NCBI GenBank assembly: GCA_946414595.1
Contig: CAMKPE010000005.1
Location: 704 to 64,703 of the forward strand
DNA length: 64,000 nucleotides
From: an uncultured Clostridium sp.
GTDB lineage: Bacteria; Bacillota_I; Bacilli_A; RF39; UBA660
Direction of reading: 5' to 3'
Shown here: positions 17,103 through 27,455 of the stretch, piece after piece
How the letters are laid out: every line of letters begins with the position of its first letter
Position numbering within the stretch: position 1 is the first letter of the stretch
Translations under genes and position numbers: made by a program
The notes under the pieces: model-generated
The model's input: the letters and a program-made list of their open reading frames with translations, nothing else
What the model was told of the DNA's origin: nothing
The model's database searches: none

Positions 17103-18413
17103 ATGAAATACTACTGTTTAGGAATTAAAGGAGCTGGAATGGCTACCTTAGCAAATATATTATACGATTTAGGAAATGAAGTTGTTGGATACGATGATGT
17201 ATTAGATCATAAATTTACTGAAGAAGGATTAGATAAAAGAGGTATAAAAATATATCACGATAATACGCATCCTTTAGATAAAGATATGATACTTACACAT
17301 TCTGTAGCACTTAAAGAAGATCATAAAGAAATAGTAAGAGCAAAAAAAGCAGGATTACAAGTTAAGAAATATAATGAAATTCTTGGTGATATTACAAATA
17401 TGTTTGAATCTATTTGTATATCAGGTACTCATGGTAAGACAACAACATCAACAATGATTACTCAAATACTAGATGCAATATATAAAGTTAATTACTTCAT
17501 TGGTGATGGAACTGGATATGCTAATAAAGATAATAAATACTTTGTTATTGAGTCCGATGAATTCAATAGACATTTCTTGGCATATCATCCTTCATATACA
17601 GTAATTACTAATATAGAACTTGAGCATACAGAAATATATAGAGATATTGAAGATATTAGGGAAACATTCGAGAAGTTTGCTAACAAGACTAAAAATGTTG
17701 TAGTAGCATGCGGAGATAATGAAAATATAAGAATGTTAAAACTAAATCCTAAAACAATCTATTATGGATTTAACGAAGATAATGATGTATGTGCTAAAAA
17801 TGTTACTCTAAGTGAAGCAGGATCAGAATTTGATTTATATGTAGATAAGGAATTAAAAGGACATTTCCATTTACCATTATTTGGAAAACATATGGTATTA
17901 AATGCATTAGCAGCAATTACAATATGTCATTTAAATGGAGTAAGTTACGAGAAGATAAATGAATTACTAGGAAACTTTCATAATGCTAAGAGAAGATTTG
18001 CTATTGAAAATGTTAAAGATAATGTAATAATTGATGATTATGCACATCATCCAACAGAAATCAAAGTAACACTTGAAGCAGCAAGACAAAAATATCCTAA
18101 TAAAGAATTAGTAGCAGTATTTAAGCCAAATACATATTCAAGAACAGAAAAGTTCTATAAAGAATTTGCAGATGCTTTGAATATTGCAGATAAAGTATAT
18201 TTAACTGAGATTGATTGTAATAGAGAAAAACCTGAAGACTATGGCAATGTTACATCAAAGAAGATATTTGATTTATTAAATAATGGAAGTATGATTAGTG
18301 ATGCTGAAGCAGATAAATTATTAAATCATAATAATGCAGCAATATGCTTTATGAGTTGTGCATCAATCGCACATTTAAAAGATGATTATATAAATAAATT
18401 AAAAAATAGTTAA
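17103..18413 (+). CDS. murC: UDP-N-acetylmuramate--L-alanine ligase MurC
   Basis: GIKGAGM N-terminus, the GTHGKTTTS P-loop and DDYAHHPTEI. Confidence 0.9.
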   Translation: MKYYCLGIKGAGMATLANILYDLGNEVVGYDDVLDHKFTEEGLDKRGIKIYHDNTHPLDKDMILTHSVALKEDHKEIVRAKKAGLQVKKYNEILGDITNMFESICISGTHGKTTTSTMITQILDAIYKVNYFIGDGTGYANKDNKYFVIESDEFNRHFLAYHPSYTVITNIELEHTEIYRDIEDIRETFEKFANKTKNVVVACGDNENIRMLKLNPKTIYYGFNEDNDVCAKNVTLSEAGSEFDLYVDKELKGHFHLPLFGKHMVLNALAAITICHLNGVSYEKINELLGNFHNAKRRFAIENVKDNVIIDDYAHHPTEIKVTLEAARQKYPNKELVAVFKPNTYSRTEKFYKEFADALNIADKVYLTEIDCNREKPEDYGNVTSKKIFDLLNNGSMISDAEADKLLNHNNAAICFMSCASIAHLKDDYINKLKNS

Positions 18414-18453
18414 TAAAATGATATAATATTAATATACAAAGTAGGTGAGAAGT

Positions 18454-18747
18454 ATGGATATGGATTTTGGAATAAGTAACAAAATAGAGTTATACAAAAG
18501 ACTAACTCCTGCTTTAAACTGCAAAGTAAGAGAATTAAAAAGAGAAAAAATAAATTATATCAAGAATGAAGATATATGGAATTTTCTTCTTAAAACAAGA
18601 TGGGAAAACGTTAAAGGGTTAGATCTTTCATCAATGGTTGATGATATCTTGAACTTAAACAATGATGAATTAGAGAAATACGTAAGTAATAAACTTACAA
18701 ATTTTGATAGTGATAATATAGTCAAAGATGAAATAGAACTTTTATAA
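18454..18747 (+). CDS. Post-transcriptional regulator, ComN/YrzD-like
   Basis: LTPALNCKVRELK...EDIWNFLLKTRWENVKGLDLSSMVDDILNL resembles the ComN family as I recall it. It sits upstream of relA. AGGTGAG SD precedes ATG 18454. Confidence 0.55.
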   Translation: MDMDFGISNKIELYKRLTPALNCKVRELKREKINYIKNEDIWNFLLKTRWENVKGLDLSSMVDDILNLNNDELEKYVSNKLTNFDSDNIVKDEIELL

Positions 18748-18761
18748 AAGGAGGTGATATC

Positions 18762-20906
18762 ATGACAAAAGATTATACCAGTTATACAATTGATAACCTC
18801 ATTGAGAAAGCAAGTGTATATATACCAAGCAAAGAAAATTTAAACAAAATAAGAAAAGCATATGAATATGCTAAAGAAAAACATCAAGGGCAATATAGAG
18901 TAAGTGGAGAAGATTACATATACCATCCACTATGTACAGCAATAATACTAACTACTGTGTATGCTGATACAGATACAATTTGTGCAGGACTTTTGCATGA
19001 TGTCATCGAAGATTGCGATGTTACAAGAGGAGAACTTGAAGAAGTTTTTGGAAGTGACATAGCAAGATTAGTTGATGGAGTATCAAAGATCAGCAAGATG
19101 CACTTTTCAACTGAAAATGAAGCATTAATTGAATATTATAAAAAGATAATTGTTGGAATGAGTGAAGATGTTAGAGTAATAATAATCAAACTAGCCGATA
19201 GACTTCATAATATGAGAACTCTATGGGCTCTTCCAAAAGAAAAACAAAAAACAAAGGCTAAAGAAGTATTGGAAATTCTTGCTCCTATAGCACATCACTT
19301 AGGTATTCATAAAATAAAAAGTGAACTTGAAGATTTATCACTTAGATACCTAAAACCAGATGTATTCTATGATATAGCAGAAAAACTTAATACAACAAAA
19401 CTAGAGCGTGATAACGCCGTTAGTGAAATGATTGATGAAGTTAGTACAATACTTAAAGAGCACAATATAAAATTCGATATTAAAGGTCGTAGTAAGAGTA
19501 TTTATAGTATTTATAAGAAAATGGAGAAAGGAAAGAAATTCAGTGAATTGTATGACCTTTTAGCCATAAGAATATTAGTTGATACAGAACAAGAATGTTA
19601 TTCTGCTTTGGGATTAATTCATGCTAAATTTAAACCAATACCAAAAAGATTTAAAGATTATATAGCAATGCCTAAAGTTAATGGATATCAATCTTTACAT
19701 ACAACAATATTTGGAATAGATGGACAAATATTCGAAGTTCAAATAAGAACTCATAGTATGGATGAAATAGCAGAAAATGGAGTAGCAGCACACTGGGCCT
19801 ATAAAGAAAAGAAAAACTTAAATGAAAAGTCACAAAATTCTACTGAAGCTAAATTACAATTCTTCAAATCAATAATGGAACTTGATGTAGAAAAGATGAG
19901 TAGTGAAGAGTTTGTTAATAGTGTTAAAGATGAAATATTAAATGATAATATTTATGTATTTACTCCAAAAGGAGATATCTTTGAATTACCAAAAGGATCA
20001 ACTCCAATAGATTTTGCTTATAAGATACATACACAAGTTGGAGATACAATGGTTGGAGCAATCGTCAATAACAACATTGTGACACTTGATTATGAATTAA
20101 AGAATAATGATATAGTAAAAATAATTACAAATAGAAATTCTTCACCATCAAAAGAATGGTTATCAATTGTTAAAACAACACAAGCAAGAAATAAGATAAA
20201 GAATTATTTTACTAAGTCAGAAAAAGATATTTATATTGAAAGAGGAAAAGAACAATTAGAGAAAGAATTAAGAAAGAAAAAGATTCCTTTCCAAGAATTC
20301 TTTACTGATGAAAATATAGATATAATAATTAAAGATACAAAATGTGTTGATTTAGATGAAGTTTATTTATCTATTGGTAATACAAAAATAAGTGCATCAT
20401 ACGTTATCAACTTAATAACTAAACAAGATGCACCACAAGAAATTAAACAAATAGCAACGCCAAAATCTAAAGATACTGATATAATAGTAGATGGAATAGA
20501 TAAGATTAAAGTAAATATTTCTAATTGCTGTAATCCACTTCCAGGAGATGATATAATTGGTTATATCAGTAAGAATAATGGTATTACTGTTCATAGAATA
20601 TCATGTCCTAACTTGGATAGATTAGAAGATCGTATGATAAATGTTAAATGGAATGATAATCCTAAATCTAAATACTTATCATCGATCTTAATAACAGCTA
20701 AGAAGAATGATAAAGCAATGCTTGAAATAATGCAAAGAGCAAGTACTGGTAATATTTCAATAGATAATATTAAGACATTAAGTAGAACTGATAATGTTAT
20801 CTATGAAGTGGATTTATGGGTTAATAGCTTAGAGCGATTAAATATATTCATAAGAGACTTAAATGCTTTAGATTATATAGATAATGTCGAGAGGATAATG
20901 CGATGA
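18762..20906 (+). CDS. relA: Bifunctional (p)ppGpp synthetase/hydrolase Rel
   Basis: HD hydrolase (HPLCTA...LLHDVIEDC), synthetase (RSKSIYSIYKKM, GYQSLHTTI, EVQIRT) and TGS/ACT-type C-terminal regions. Confidence 0.93.
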   Translation: MTKDYTSYTIDNLIEKASVYIPSKENLNKIRKAYEYAKEKHQGQYRVSGEDYIYHPLCTAIILTTVYADTDTICAGLLHDVIEDCDVTRGELEEVFGSDIARLVDGVSKISKMHFSTENEALIEYYKKIIVGMSEDVRVIIIKLADRLHNMRTLWALPKEKQKTKAKEVLEILAPIAHHLGIHKIKSELEDLSLRYLKPDVFYDIAEKLNTTKLERDNAVSEMIDEVSTILKEHNIKFDIKGRSKSIYSIYKKMEKGKKFSELYDLLAIRILVDTEQECYSALGLIHAKFKPIPKRFKDYIAMPKVNGYQSLHTTIFGIDGQIFEVQIRTHSMDEIAENGVAAHWAYKEKKNLNEKSQNSTEAKLQFFKSIMELDVEKMSSEEFVNSVKDEILNDNIYVFTPKGDIFELPKGSTPIDFAYKIHTQVGDTMVGAIVNNNIVTLDYELKNNDIVKIITNRNSSPSKEWLSIVKTTQARNKIKNYFTKSEKDIYIERGKEQLEKELRKKKIPFQEFFTDENIDIIIKDTKCVDLDEVYLSIGNTKISASYVINLITKQDAPQEIKQIATPKSKDTDIIVDGIDKIKVNISNCCNPLPGDDIIGYISKNNGITVHRISCPNLDRLEDRMINVKWNDNPKSKYLSSILITAKKNDKAMLEIMQRASTGNISIDNIKTLSRTDNVIYEVDLWVNSLERLNIFIRDLNALDYIDNVERIMR

Positions 20907-21337
20907 AAATAGTAGCACAAAGAGTAAAAGAAGCAAATGTAAAAGTAGATAATAAAGTAATTGGTGAAATAAAAGATGGATTAATGCTTTTAGTATCTTT
21001 TACACATACTGATACAGAAAAAGAAATAGATTATATGGTAAATAAAGTTCTTGCACTTAGAATATTCGATGATGAAAATGGTGTAATGAATAGAAGTGTT
21101 TTAGATGTTAATGGTAGTATCTTATCTATATCGCAATTCACATTATATGCTGATACAAAGAAAGGTAATCGACCTAGCTATATAAATGCATTAGGCGGAG
21201 ATCAAGCAGTTAAGCTTTATGATATGTTTAATGAGAAACTAAGAAATCATATTAAGGTAGAAACAGGTAAGTTTGGTGCTGATATGAAAGTATCATTACT
21301 AAATGATGGACCTGTAACTATAATATTAGAAAAATAA
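20903..21337 (+). CDS. dtd: D-aminoacyl-tRNA deacylase
   Basis: SQFTLYADTKKGNRPS and NDGPVT motifs. ATGA overlap with relA. Confidence 0.9.
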   Translation: MKIVAQRVKEANVKVDNKVIGEIKDGLMLLVSFTHTDTEKEIDYMVNKVLALRIFDDENGVMNRSVLDVNGSILSISQFTLYADTKKGNRPSYINALGGDQAVKLYDMFNEKLRNHIKVETGKFGADMKVSLLNDGPVTIILEK

Positions 21338-21346
21338 GGAGGAAAC

Positions 21347-22444
21347 ATGTTTAAAGACAGAATCAATTTCAAACTACTAAATATATTAATACTAGTAGTA
21401 ATTGTATATTTTGGATTAATCACATTTGATTATTGGGGATGGATTATTACTAAAACTTTAGCAATAATTACACCATTCTTAATAGCTTTTGCAATAGCAT
21501 ATGCATTTTACCCAATAGTTAAAAAACTCAAGAAGAAAGGACTAAGTAATACACTTGCTGTTGCAATAGTATCTGGAACGGTATTATTAGTACTACTTGC
21601 ACTGATATTAATAACAGTACCACTTGTATATGATCAGTTAGTATTACTATCTCAATCAATTGGAGAAGTAATGAACGACTTATCTAGAAAGTTTGAAGTT
21701 AACTTAGGTGACTTCCAAACTACTATTAATACAATAATGGATAATATAGTTCAATCAGCAGGTAAGTATGTTTCTGATGGTACATTTAACTTTGTTGGAA
21801 GAGCAGTAGACTTTGTATCTAACTCAATAATAATCTTAATTTTATCAATCTATTTCTTAGTAGATATGGAGAAGATTAGGGGAGAAGTACGTAAGATATT
21901 AACTAGAAATACTAATAGAAAGAAAACTTTTGAATATGTCAAAGTACTTGATAAAGAATTAGGTCAATACTTAAATGGTCTTGCAATATTTATTGGTATT
22001 CAATTTGTTGAATATACACTATTATTTAAAATAATAGGACACCCAAACTGGTTATTGTTAGGAATACTTGCTGCACTTACTACAGTAATTCCTTACTTTG
22101 GAGGATTAATTACTAACATTGTAGCAGTAATACTTGCATCAGTTGTATCTACACCATTGTTTATTGCAACATTAGTTATCTGTTTGGTATTCCCAAATAT
22201 CGATGGATATATCATTTCACCAAAAGTATATGGTAAGACAAACAACATTAATGCAATGTGGACAATATTCGCAGTAGTAGCAGGTGGAACGTTATTTGGA
22301 ATACCTGGAATCATGTTATCGCTTCCTGTATATATAGCAATTAATTGTACATTTAACTTCTTTAAAGAAGATATATATGATAAAGTAGCTCGTATTCAAT
22401 CAAAAGAAAAAGAAAAAAAGAGCATAGTAAAAGAGGATAAGTAA
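21347..22444 (+). CDS. AI-2E family transporter (PerM/YtvI-like permease)
   Basis: Roughly eight TM segments and the family-typical IPYFG and DGYIISPKVYG motifs. Confidence 0.75.
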   Translation: MFKDRINFKLLNILILVVIVYFGLITFDYWGWIITKTLAIITPFLIAFAIAYAFYPIVKKLKKKGLSNTLAVAIVSGTVLLVLLALILITVPLVYDQLVLLSQSIGEVMNDLSRKFEVNLGDFQTTINTIMDNIVQSAGKYVSDGTFNFVGRAVDFVSNSIIILILSIYFLVDMEKIRGEVRKILTRNTNRKKTFEYVKVLDKELGQYLNGLAIFIGIQFVEYTLLFKIIGHPNWLLLGILAALTTVIPYFGGLITNIVAVILASVVSTPLFIATLVICLVFPNIDGYIISPKVYGKTNNINAMWTIFAVVAGGTLFGIPGIMLSLPVYIAINCTFNFFKEDIYDKVARIQSKEKEKKSIVKEDK

Positions 22445-22457
22445 ATCCTCTTTTTTT
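22431..22457. terminator. Bidirectional terminator
   Basis: Stem aagaggat/atcctctt followed by T7, between convergent genes. Confidence 0.7.
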
Positions 22458-23364
22458 ATTTTACAAATTCTGTGTATACTGTTTCATCAAAGTGGTGTTG
22501 ATCATCATTTTGTTTTCTTAATTCTTCTGTTGTTATTAGGAAGTATGTATCATCTACAATATCTTCACCAGTTGATACAATTGGGTCATCCCATGTAAGA
22601 TCTAAGTGATACCATTTACCATCTAGATATACGGCATTCCATACGTGATTTTCACTTGATATTTTATAATTTGGTATATCGAAGTAATTTAAGAATATTG
22701 CCATTGCATCAGCATAACCACTACATATACCATAGCCTTGGAATAATACTCCATAAGCTGTATTAGATAAATAATTTATTTTATTATTATCAGTTCTTTC
22801 TTTATCATACTTTGTATGAGAAATTATATAGTCATGTATTATTTTAATTATCTTTCTTTGATCTTTTGTATCTTTAACTTCAGATTCAACTATTTCATTT
22901 ACTTTTTCATTTAATAATTCAATTTCACGATCCGTATAAGTTTTCGTAATTACTAAGTTAACTCTCCCTAATGAATCATAAATTGTTTCTACTGTATCAA
23001 AACTATTATATGGATGAACATATCCATTAACTGTAGATAATAGAGTAGGATTATTAGCAAGTTCCTTTACATCTTCAATACAGTAATCATAACTATCAGG
23101 ACAATAGAAATCGAATGTTTCGTTTCCACTATTAATTATCGTATAGTAAAGATTAAGTAAGTCTTGTTTATTATTTATATCAAAATCATTAACATTTTGT
23201 ACATAATCAAAGTCATATTTAACGTAGTAGCTATTGGCATACTCTAAAGATACTGTCTGCATCTTTACTACATTACTTATTATGAATTTGGCTATTACTG
23301 TTTTATTTAGGTATACTCCAACGAGTATTGATAATAAAAAAATTAAACCAATGATCTTTTTCAT
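22456..23364 (-). CDS. Transglutaminase-like cysteine-protease-fold protein, N-terminally anchored
   Basis: The core GICSGYADAMAIF ... HVWNAVYLDGKWYHLDLTWDD (Cys-His-Asp) is typical of transglutaminase-like domains. Confidence 0.75.
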   Translation of the reverse strand: MKKIIGLIFLLSILVGVYLNKTVIAKFIISNVVKMQTVSLEYANSYYVKYDFDYVQNVNDFDINNKQDLLNLYYTIINSGNETFDFYCPDSYDYCIEDVKELANNPTLLSTVNGYVHPYNSFDTVETIYDSLGRVNLVITKTYTDREIELLNEKVNEIVESEVKDTKDQRKIIKIIHDYIISHTKYDKERTDNNKINYLSNTAYGVLFQGYGICSGYADAMAIFLNYFDIPNYKISSENHVWNAVYLDGKWYHLDLTWDDPIVSTGEDIVDDTYFLITTEELRKQNDDQHHFDETVYTEFVK

Positions 23365-23407
23365 ACCATCACCAATATAATTGTATCATAAGTCAAAAAA
23401 AAAGAAA

Positions 23408-23680
23408 CTATTTTGTTTCTTCAATTTTATTATTCATCTTCATTAGTCTAGATTTTTGTCTAGCAGCTTTGTTTTTATGTATTAATCCAGAACTTGCAGC
23501 TTTATCGATATTCTTAATTGCGATATCTAATTTTTCTTTAGCTGATTCTTTGTTTCCAGTTTCAACTTCTTTAACGAATTTCTTGATTGATGTTTTAGTT
23601 CTAGTTTCTACAACGTTATTGTTTTCTTTCTTCTTAGCACTTGTTAAAACTCTCTTTTTAGCACTTTTTATATTTGGCAT
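23408..23680 (-). CDS. rpsT: 30S ribosomal protein S20
   Basis: MPNIKSAKKRV... start and a basic 90-aa protein. Confidence 0.92.
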   Translation of the reverse strand: MPNIKSAKKRVLTSAKKKENNNVVETRTKTSIKKFVKEVETGNKESAKEKLDIAIKNIDKAASSGLIHKNKAARQKSRLMKMNNKIEETK

Positions 23681-23781
23681 AGTATCACCTCTCTTTTTTT
23701 GACTACATATATATTAACAAAAAAATAGATAAAATGCAAATAAAACTTAAAAATATAGAGAAAATAATAATGGTGATACAC

Positions 23782-24594
23782 ATGCATAAGATTAATATTG
23801 AAAAGTTTAACACTAGATGTGACTTAATAAAAGACTCAAGTAAAGATATAAAAGAGCTTAATTGTAAGAAAATTAGGAAAGATAATATAGTTATTGAAAG
23901 GATAGAAATAGATAACAAATTATCAAGAATAGTAAATAAAAGAAAAGGTAATTATGTATCTATTTTATTTGATGATATAACTGATTATGATAATAGAAGA
24001 AAGGTTATAGATATTACTACTAATGAGTTAAGAAGAATGTTAAAGATAAATAACGTATTAAACAAAAAAGTATTAGTAGTAGGTCTAGGTAATTGCTTAT
24101 CAACTCCTGATTCACTAGGCCCTAAAACAATTGACAATGTAATAGTAACAAGGCACTTATTTGAAATATCAAAAGTAGATAATAAATATAATGTAGTAGC
24201 AAAATTATCTCCAGGAGTATATGCAAGTACTGGTATTGAAACATTTGATATTATTAAAGGAATAATTAATAGAATAGATATTGATTACTTAATTGTAGTT
24301 GATTCATTATTATCAACCTCTAAAACTCATATAAATAAATTAATTCAGATTACTGATTCTGGAATAGATCCTGGAAGTGGAGTAGAAAACCAAAGAAAAG
24401 AATTAACTAAAAAGACTTTAAATAAACCCGTTATAGCAATAGGAATACCTACTGTTATAGATATTAAAACATTTACAAATAATAAAGATGATAATTTAAT
24501 TGTTACTCCTAAAGAAATAGATTTTGTAATTGATAAGTTGTCTATAATACTTTCTAAATCAATTAATAATTCAGTACACAATCTGACAAATTAA
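23782..24594 (+). CDS. gpr: Spore germination protease GPR
   Basis: VGLGNCLSTPDSLGP and DSGIDPGSGVENQR motifs. The N-terminus MHKINIEKFNTRCDL parallels the GPR ...RTDLA start. The rpsT/gpr/spoIIP order matches Bacillus. Confidence 0.85.
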   Translation: MHKINIEKFNTRCDLIKDSSKDIKELNCKKIRKDNIVIERIEIDNKLSRIVNKRKGNYVSILFDDITDYDNRRKVIDITTNELRRMLKINNVLNKKVLVVGLGNCLSTPDSLGPKTIDNVIVTRHLFEISKVDNKYNVVAKLSPGVYASTGIETFDIIKGIINRIDIDYLIVVDSLLSTSKTHINKLIQITDSGIDPGSGVENQRKELTKKTLNKPVIAIGIPTVIDIKTFTNNKDDNLIVTPKEIDFVIDKLSIILSKSINNSVHNLTN

Positions 24595-24630
24595 GACATA
24601 TAGAGTTACTATAATTATCTTGGTGATTAA

Positions 24631-25518
24631 ATGAAAAAGAGAATCATTAAGATAATTATTTTTTTAATTGTAATAATACTTTCTTTTGTAATAACGCTTA
24701 AATATTTAAGTTCTATAAATATAGTATTAGATGAAGAATTAATAGATATATTACTTGAAGAAAGTGAAAATACTAACTTTGAAAATAGACTAGTTAATAA
24801 CTTAGTTAAACAAATAACTTCTTCTAAATATATTAATCCAGTGGGATACGTTTTAAATACTTATGATGTAGATAATACTACTCCTGTAGTACTTGAAACC
24901 AAAGAAATAAAACCAACTGTATATATTTATAATACTCATGAAAATGAGAAGTATAGTTCAACTAAAGAGATTAATATAAATTATTCTGTTAAAGATGCAA
25001 GTAGATATTTGAAAGAAAAACTTAAGACTTATAACATTTATTCAATTGTAGAAGAAGGAAGCATTACTGATGTTTTAAATACCAACAATTGGAATTATGC
25101 AAGTTCATATAAAGTCTCGAGAATGTACTTAGATAAAGCACAAAAGAATAATAAAGATCTAGTCTTTTATGTAGATATACATAGGGATTCAGTCAGTAAA
25201 AGTATAAGTACTATAAAAATAGATGAAAAAAAATATGCTAGAACTATGTTCCTTTTAGGATTAGAAAACCCTAATTATAAAGAAAATCAAGTAGTTATGG
25301 AATCTCTTGAGACATGGTTAAACATAAATTACAAAGGATTAAGTAGAGGAATATATAAAAAACAAGGTAAAGGAGTCAATGGAGTATATAATCAAGACTT
25401 TTCACCTAACTGTATCTTAATCGAAGTAGGAGGTGAAGAAAATACTTATGATGAAGTAGTGAATACAATGGATGTAATTGCAGAAATGCTTTATGAATAT
25501 ATGAAAGAGGACTTATGA
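24631..25518 (+). CDS. spoIIP: Stage II sporulation protein P
   Basis: N-terminal TM helix with the IYNTHENEKY and DIHRDS motifs, positioned after gpr. Confidence 0.85.
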   Translation: MKKRIIKIIIFLIVIILSFVITLKYLSSINIVLDEELIDILLEESENTNFENRLVNNLVKQITSSKYINPVGYVLNTYDVDNTTPVVLETKEIKPTVYIYNTHENEKYSSTKEININYSVKDASRYLKEKLKTYNIYSIVEEGSITDVLNTNNWNYASSYKVSRMYLDKAQKNNKDLVFYVDIHRDSVSKSISTIKIDEKKYARTMFLLGLENPNYKENQVVMESLETWLNINYKGLSRGIYKKQGKGVNGVYNQDFSPNCILIEVGGEENTYDEVVNTMDVIAEMLYEYMKEDL

Positions 25519-25817
25519 AAAATAAAATAATTAAATATGTATTATTATCAGTAGTATTCATCTTTTTAATACTTTATTTCTTTGGAGGAAGAATATATGA
25601 TTATAAGTTAACAGAGAAGAAAGTATTAACAGAAGAACAAATAAAGAAGTTTGAAGAAGATGTTAAAAATGGTATAGAAATAGATATAAATGACTACATA
25701 ATAAAAGACAAAGACTATAGCAATAGCATAACTAAGATTAATGGAGAAATATCAAATATAATTGAACTGGGATTTAAAAAAGTATTTGAACAGATTCTTA
25801 ATAATATTAATGTTTGA
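25515..25817 (+). CDS. Small N-terminally anchored protein (possibly YqxA-like, by position only)
   Basis: ATGA overlap with spoIIP and one TM helix. The YqxA suggestion rests only on its position after spoIIP. Confidence 0.4.
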   Translation: MKNKIIKYVLLSVVFIFLILYFFGGRIYDYKLTEKKVLTEEQIKKFEEDVKNGIEIDINDYIIKDKDYSNSITKINGEISNIIELGFKKVFEQILNNINV

Positions 25818-25858
25818 AAATAATTAAGACAATGATATAATTATCTATGAGGTAGTTT

Positions 25859-26197
25859 ATGGATAGTTATAGTTTAGATGAAGTAAAAATGCTTATAGAA
25901 AAAAACTTGCTAACTGGTGAAATATTAAAGAATATTTTAACTAGTTGTACAAGAAGAATAGAGCTATATGATAATAGTGAATCACTAGATATATTAAAGT
26001 ATCTTAAAGATGCTTCTTGTGTTCCTGATGAAACTAAAGAAGAACTATCTAAATTCTTATCTGAGTATGATAACTCCAAGATGGAAGAAGATTCCTCACA
26101 AAAAATTAAAGAAGAAATAAGTAATTGGAAGATTATACTACTTTATGGATTAGTTATTACTCTTATAGTAGTAGGTCTAGCATTCTACTTTTTATAG
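25859..26197 (+). CDS. Tail-anchored small membrane protein, unknown function
   Basis: GAGGT SD, an acidic soluble part and a C-terminal TM helix (IILLYGLVITLIVVGLAFYFL). Confidence 0.5.
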   Translation: MDSYSLDEVKMLIEKNLLTGEILKNILTSCTRRIELYDNSESLDILKYLKDASCVPDETKEELSKFLSEYDNSKMEEDSSQKIKEEISNWKIILLYGLVITLIVVGLAFYFL

Positions 26198-26206
26198 GTG
26201 AATAAT

Positions 26207-26473
26207 ATGAGCGTAAGAATTTCAAATGATGAGAATATAGCAAACTTAAAGAAAAGAAAAATACTAAGATACTTTATGATATTTTTTGATGCTTTAACAC
26301 TTGTTTTAGCAGTTTTATGTTTAGTATTTGGTATAAGTTTTATTTTCCCATTAATTACATACATAATTGCAGTTATACTAGCTAATATTAGGAAAAAGAC
26401 AATTATCAATAAACCTAATGATATTTATGAAGTAGAAGTTGAACTTGAAAAAGCAAAGAAACGTAAAAAATAG
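26207..26473 (+). CDS. Small two-TM membrane protein, unknown function
   Basis: AGGTG SD precedes ATG 26207. Two hydrophobic helices and a K-rich tail. Confidence 0.5.
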   Translation: MSVRISNDENIANLKKRKILRYFMIFFDALTLVLAVLCLVFGISFIFPLITYIIAVILANIRKKTIINKPNDIYEVEVELEKAKKRKK

Positions 26474-26475
26474 TC

Positions 26476-26504
26476 TTTTAAAGGCTGTTTTTTTTTGTTA
26501 TAAT
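26476..26504 (+). promoter_or_regulatory. Putative sigma-A promoter (extended -10) of the WXG/effector operon
   Basis: TGtTATAAT at 26496-26504. The -35 is poor (ttttaa). Confidence 0.35.
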
Positions 26505-26539
26505 AAAATGTAGTATATAAATAAGATAGGAGTGAAAGT

Positions 26540-27454
26540 ATGGCTCTAGAAATTACTTATAATTCAGATGAAATACATGAACTAGAAACCACTTTAGAGA
26601 ATCAAGAAAAGATTTTAGGCGACAATATGAAACAATCTCTAGCAAGTAATTTTGACTCTTTAACAGCAATTGGATTTGGAGGAATTAATAAACTTCAAAG
26701 TCAAACTGATTCGTTAATAACTAGTCATAGTTCATTTATAAAAGAATTAAAAGAACATGATGAAAATAAAATTGAGTTGGAAAATGCTATTAACACTGCT
26801 ATAAAAGCAAAACTTGATAATAACGAATATGAAGAAGCAAATGATGCTTCACAAACTCATGAATTAAATGATGTAGTTTTACAAGAAGTAAATGAAGGAC
26901 AAGAAATAAATACAGAAATGTTAACAGAAGCAGTAAAAGAGTTCTCATATACTGCTAAAGCTGCAATGTTACAAAATATATTAAATCTAGATGTTGGATC
27001 TTTGACATCTCTTTTAACAGATACAAATAAATCAAATATCTTAGTATACGAAATAAGACAAATGTTAAATGATGAAACAACTGACTTATCAAGAGCAGCT
27101 ACTAAAGGTGAAAAAGAAGTTCAAAAAGAATTCATTAGATCTTTAGCAAAAGAAACAAGTAATATCTTTAAAGAAGTTGATGAGAATACTTTCTTAAGAG
27201 GAATACCTTATTACAAAAAAATTTCAGAATTAAATGGAATAAATATAGAAGATTTATTATTAGATGATAAAAACAAGAAATTATTAACTGACTGCGTTAA
27301 ATTCGTATGTGAACATAATGCTGTTAATGGTATTGATGATAGTGATATTGCTGCAGTAAAAGCATACGTTAATGAAGTAGCAAACAAACATAAATTATCA
27401 ACAAGAGAATTATTAACAAGTTCTAACGCACAACTATTGAAAGAGGGTGTGTAA
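26540..27454 (+). CDS. Module 1 lead protein (304 aa, soluble, helical), paralogue of 29460-30368
   Basis: AGGAGTG SD. The N-terminal stretch NFDSLTAIGFGGINKLQSQTDSLITS parallels NFEALSKAGLYTNGLSKIKQQIEYVSS in the paralogue. Confidence 0.6.
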   Translation: MALEITYNSDEIHELETTLENQEKILGDNMKQSLASNFDSLTAIGFGGINKLQSQTDSLITSHSSFIKELKEHDENKIELENAINTAIKAKLDNNEYEEANDASQTHELNDVVLQEVNEGQEINTEMLTEAVKEFSYTAKAAMLQNILNLDVGSLTSLLTDTNKSNILVYEIRQMLNDETTDLSRAATKGEKEVQKEFIRSLAKETSNIFKEVDENTFLRGIPYYKKISELNGINIEDLLLDDKNKKLLTDCVKFVCEHNAVNGIDDSDIAAVKAYVNEVANKHKLSTRELLTSSNAQLLKEGV

Positions 27455-27455
27455 G

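Noticed and set aside
23703-23918. 71-aa hydrophobic minus-strand ORF
   Set aside because: It overlaps the gpr 5' region and promoter, has no SD, and its low-complexity I/L/F/S composition is typical of AT-rich antisense frames.
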